Positions 62,033 to 64,000 of a DNA stretch of 64,000 bases are shown in pieces; position 1 is the first letter of the stretch, and each line of letters starts with the position of its first letter. Below the pieces are notes generated by a model. That model was given only the letters and a program-made list of their open reading frames with translations. It was not told the origin of the DNA and searched no databases. The stretch is taken from the NCBI GenBank assembly GCA_021623045.1, contig JAJWJX010000003.1:29995-93994 (forward strand), in the 5' to 3' direction. This stretch comes from Segatella copri (GTDB lineage Bacteria > Bacteroidota > Bacteroidia > Bacteroidales > Bacteroidaceae). Both the position numbers and the translations under genes were made by a program.

Positions 62033-62608
62033 ATGATGATATTTCTTCAGCTTTTCATCGTATTCATTCAGATAGGCATCTTCGGATTCGGAGGTGGCTA
62101 TTCCATGATATCCCTGATTCAGGGACAGGTTGTTACGCAGTATCATTGGATGACGATGCAAGAGTTTACCGATGTGGTTGCCATCTCTCAGATGACACCG
62201 GGACCTATCGGTATCAACACCGCCACCTATTGTGGCTATACAGTTGTCCATAATGCCGGCATGAGTGGCATGATGGCTGTACTCGGAAGTGCCATGGCGA
62301 CCTTTGCGCTGGTTCTCCCCTCTTTGGTTTTGATGATTCTTATCAGCAAGATGCTGTACAAGTATATGAACACTTCAGCCGTCCAAAGCATCTTCATCGG
62401 TCTTCGCCCAGCCATCGTCGGTCTGGTAGGAGCCGCAGCCCTGCTTCTGATGAACGGCGAGAACTTCTCTACGCCAGCCAATCCTTGGCATTTCTACATC
62501 TCCATCGCCCTCTTCTTTGCCACCTTTATCGGTGTGAAGGTGATGAAGATCAATCCTATCCGCATGATACTCTACTCGGCTTTTGCCGGATTGGTATTAC
62601 TATATTAA
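62033..62608 (+). CDS. chrA: Chromate transporter family protein (ChrA half-size, second of a pair)
   Basis: FGGGYSMISL motif. 191 aa. Confidence 0.85.
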   Translation: MMIFLQLFIVFIQIGIFGFGGGYSMISLIQGQVVTQYHWMTMQEFTDVVAISQMTPGPIGINTATYCGYTVVHNAGMSGMMAVLGSAMATFALVLPSLVLMILISKMLYKYMNTSAVQSIFIGLRPAIVGLVGAAALLLMNGENFSTPANPWHFYISIALFFATFIGVKVMKINPIRMILYSAFAGLVLLY

Positions 62609-62651
62609 ACAAAATCTTTCGATTTTATTTGGTAGTAATAAATAAAAATCG

Positions 62652-62659
62652 TACATTTG
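62652..62659 (+). promoter_or_regulatory. -7 box TACATTTG for the terminal ATPase gene
   Basis: Exact TAnnTTTG match 21 nt before ATG 62680. Confidence 0.5.
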
Positions 62660-62679
62660 CAACAAAAAGGAGATAGACC

Positions 62680-64000
62680 ATGACATACTCACAGGCAGAT
62701 ATTACCGTTCCATACGCTGTAGCGAACTTTGCAGAGATTCGCCACAAGGGATATTATTATGTGGACAAGACCAACTATATTCCACTGCTTGAGCGTTACA
62801 AAGCACCAGTTTTTCTCCGTCCTCGCAGATTCGGAAAGAGTCTGCTCGTTTCCATGTTGGCTCACTATTACGACCGTAACATGGCAACACAATTCAAAGA
62901 TTTGTTTGGTGGAACTTGGATTGGCGAACACCCAACAAACGAGCACAACCAATATCTCGTTGTAAGATATGACTTTTCCACAACTTCCGTTGCCAGCAAG
63001 AAGGAAGACATCGAGAAGAACTTCAACGCCGTGAATTGCAGTCCACTCCGTACATTGGTGGAACGCAACAGAGACCTTTTTGGAGATTTCAGGTTCAGAG
63101 AGGATGGCAATGCCTCCAACATGTTGGTTGAAGTATGCGAGTTTATCTCTTCCCATAATCTTCCACCTCTTTATATATTAATAGACGAATACGACAACTT
63201 TACCAACCAGCTACTAGTTGTCTATAAGGACTCGCTGTACCAGGACCTGACCACAGGGGAAAGTTTTCTACGAACTTTTTTCAAGGTTATCAAGGCTGGC
63301 ATTGGCGAAGGTACCATCCGAACTTGCTTCTGCACAGGAGTTCTGCCTGTCACCATAGATGACTTAACCAGTGGCTACAACATCGCAGAGATGTTGACAC
63401 TGAAGCCAGAATTTACCAACTTATTGGGCTTTACCCATGAGGAAGCAGCCCAATATCTGAAGTATGTCATCAACAAATATGGTCCTCAAGCCTCTTTCGA
63501 GGAATTATGGACTCTGATACTCAACAATTATGACGGTTACCACTTCCTGCCAAACGCGGAACCGTTGTTCAACTCTACCATCCTGACTTACTTCCTCAAG
63601 AACTTTGCAGAGCTAAGAGGTGGTATCCCTACGGAAATGGTAGATGAGAACCTGCGCACCGATACGAGTTGGATAAGAAGATTGACCATCACGCTTGACA
63701 ATGCCAAGGAAATGCTCGACAGCCTGTTGATGGATGGAGAATTGTACTATTCACAAGCCGATTTACGCAGCAAGTTCAACAAGCAAAAGTTCTTCTCCCC
63801 AGAGTTCTACCCTATCAGCCTCTACTACTTGGGTATGACCACCCTGAAGGACAATTACAAAATGGCTTTGCCAAACTTGACGACCAAGAGTGTATATATG
63901 AGTTACTACAACGAATTGAATAGTATCAGCGACAATGCCCGTAAGTTTGTTCCGGCATACGAGGCATTTGCCAGAGACAGAGAACTGGAGCCATTATTCT
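62680..64000 (+). CDS. AAA-ATPase_like (PF09820-type) protein, expected to carry a C-terminal PD-(D/E)XK nuclease domain; 3' end beyond the window
   Basis: My own translation gives MTYSQADITVPYAVANFAEIRHKGYYYVDKTNYIPLLE...FLRPRRFGKSLLVSMLAHYYD...LYILIDEYDN, open to the window end. It is absent from the ORF track because no stop is reached. Confidence 0.8.
   Translation, partial: MTYSQADITVPYAVANFAEIRHKGYYYVDKTNYIPLLERYKAPVFLRPRRFGKSLLVSMLAHYYDRNMATQFKDLFGGTWIGEHPTNEHNQYLVVRYDFSTTSVASKKEDIEKNFNAVNCSPLRTLVERNRDLFGDFRFREDGNASNMLVEVCEFISSHNLPPLYILIDEYDNFTNQLLVVYKDSLYQDLTTGESFLRTFFKVIKAGIGEGTIRTCFCTGVLPVTIDDLTSGYNIAEMLTLKPEFTNLLGFTHEEAAQYLKYVINKYGPQASFEELWTLILNNYDGYHFLPNAEPLFNSTILTYFLKNFAELRGGIPTEMVDENLRTDTSWIRRLTITLDNAKEMLDSLLMDGELYYSQADLRSKFNKQKFFSPEFYPISLYYLGMTTLKDNYKMALPNLTTKSVYMSYYNELNSISDNARKFVPAYEAFARDRELEPLF

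Overview
This is a chromosomal window from a Bacteroidales genome. It looks Prevotella/Segatella-like, judged from SusC/SusD loci, lipoprotein-rich operons and TAnnTTTG -7 promoter boxes in front of nearly every transcription unit. Housekeeping genes are the dnaK 3' part, cyclophilin and FKBP isomerases, glyQS, parC, tex, icd, purL and tRNA-Leu(UAG). Accessory content: (i) a beta-glucan-type polysaccharide utilization locus at 4874-20827 with GH16, a PKD/CBM-like surface glycan-binding lipoprotein, SusD, SusC, two GH3 enzymes and a DUF6377-type transmembrane HTH regulator; (ii) a second SusC/SusD operon at 43349-51729 with a zinc-metallohydrolase lipoprotein, a DUF4302 lipoprotein and a BACON lipoprotein, next to an OmpR-type two-component system; (iii) an M16 peptidase, MATE, EamA and split ChrA transporters, and a histidine phosphatase plus SGNH esterase pair; (iv) three P-loop ATPases fused to nuclease-like domains. 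I recognised no rRNA, CRISPR array, transposase or integrase. The most unusual content is non-coding. An identical 33-nt GGTAAAA-word array sits immediately 3' of stop codons at three loci, with a variant at a fourth, always in the sense orientation. Several large palindromes are built from tandem short words (2729-2899, 16054-16260, 32292-32474, 39312-39826). A 1.3-kb gene-free stretch inside the PUL (15221-16502) holds alternating repeat modules whose hairpin stems differ in sequence but keep their position. Two distantly related ATPase genes each sit behind the same ~123-bp leader repeat but behind different promoter-proximal palindromes. Functional readings of these elements are inference. 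Family names come from motif recognition by eye, not from database searches.
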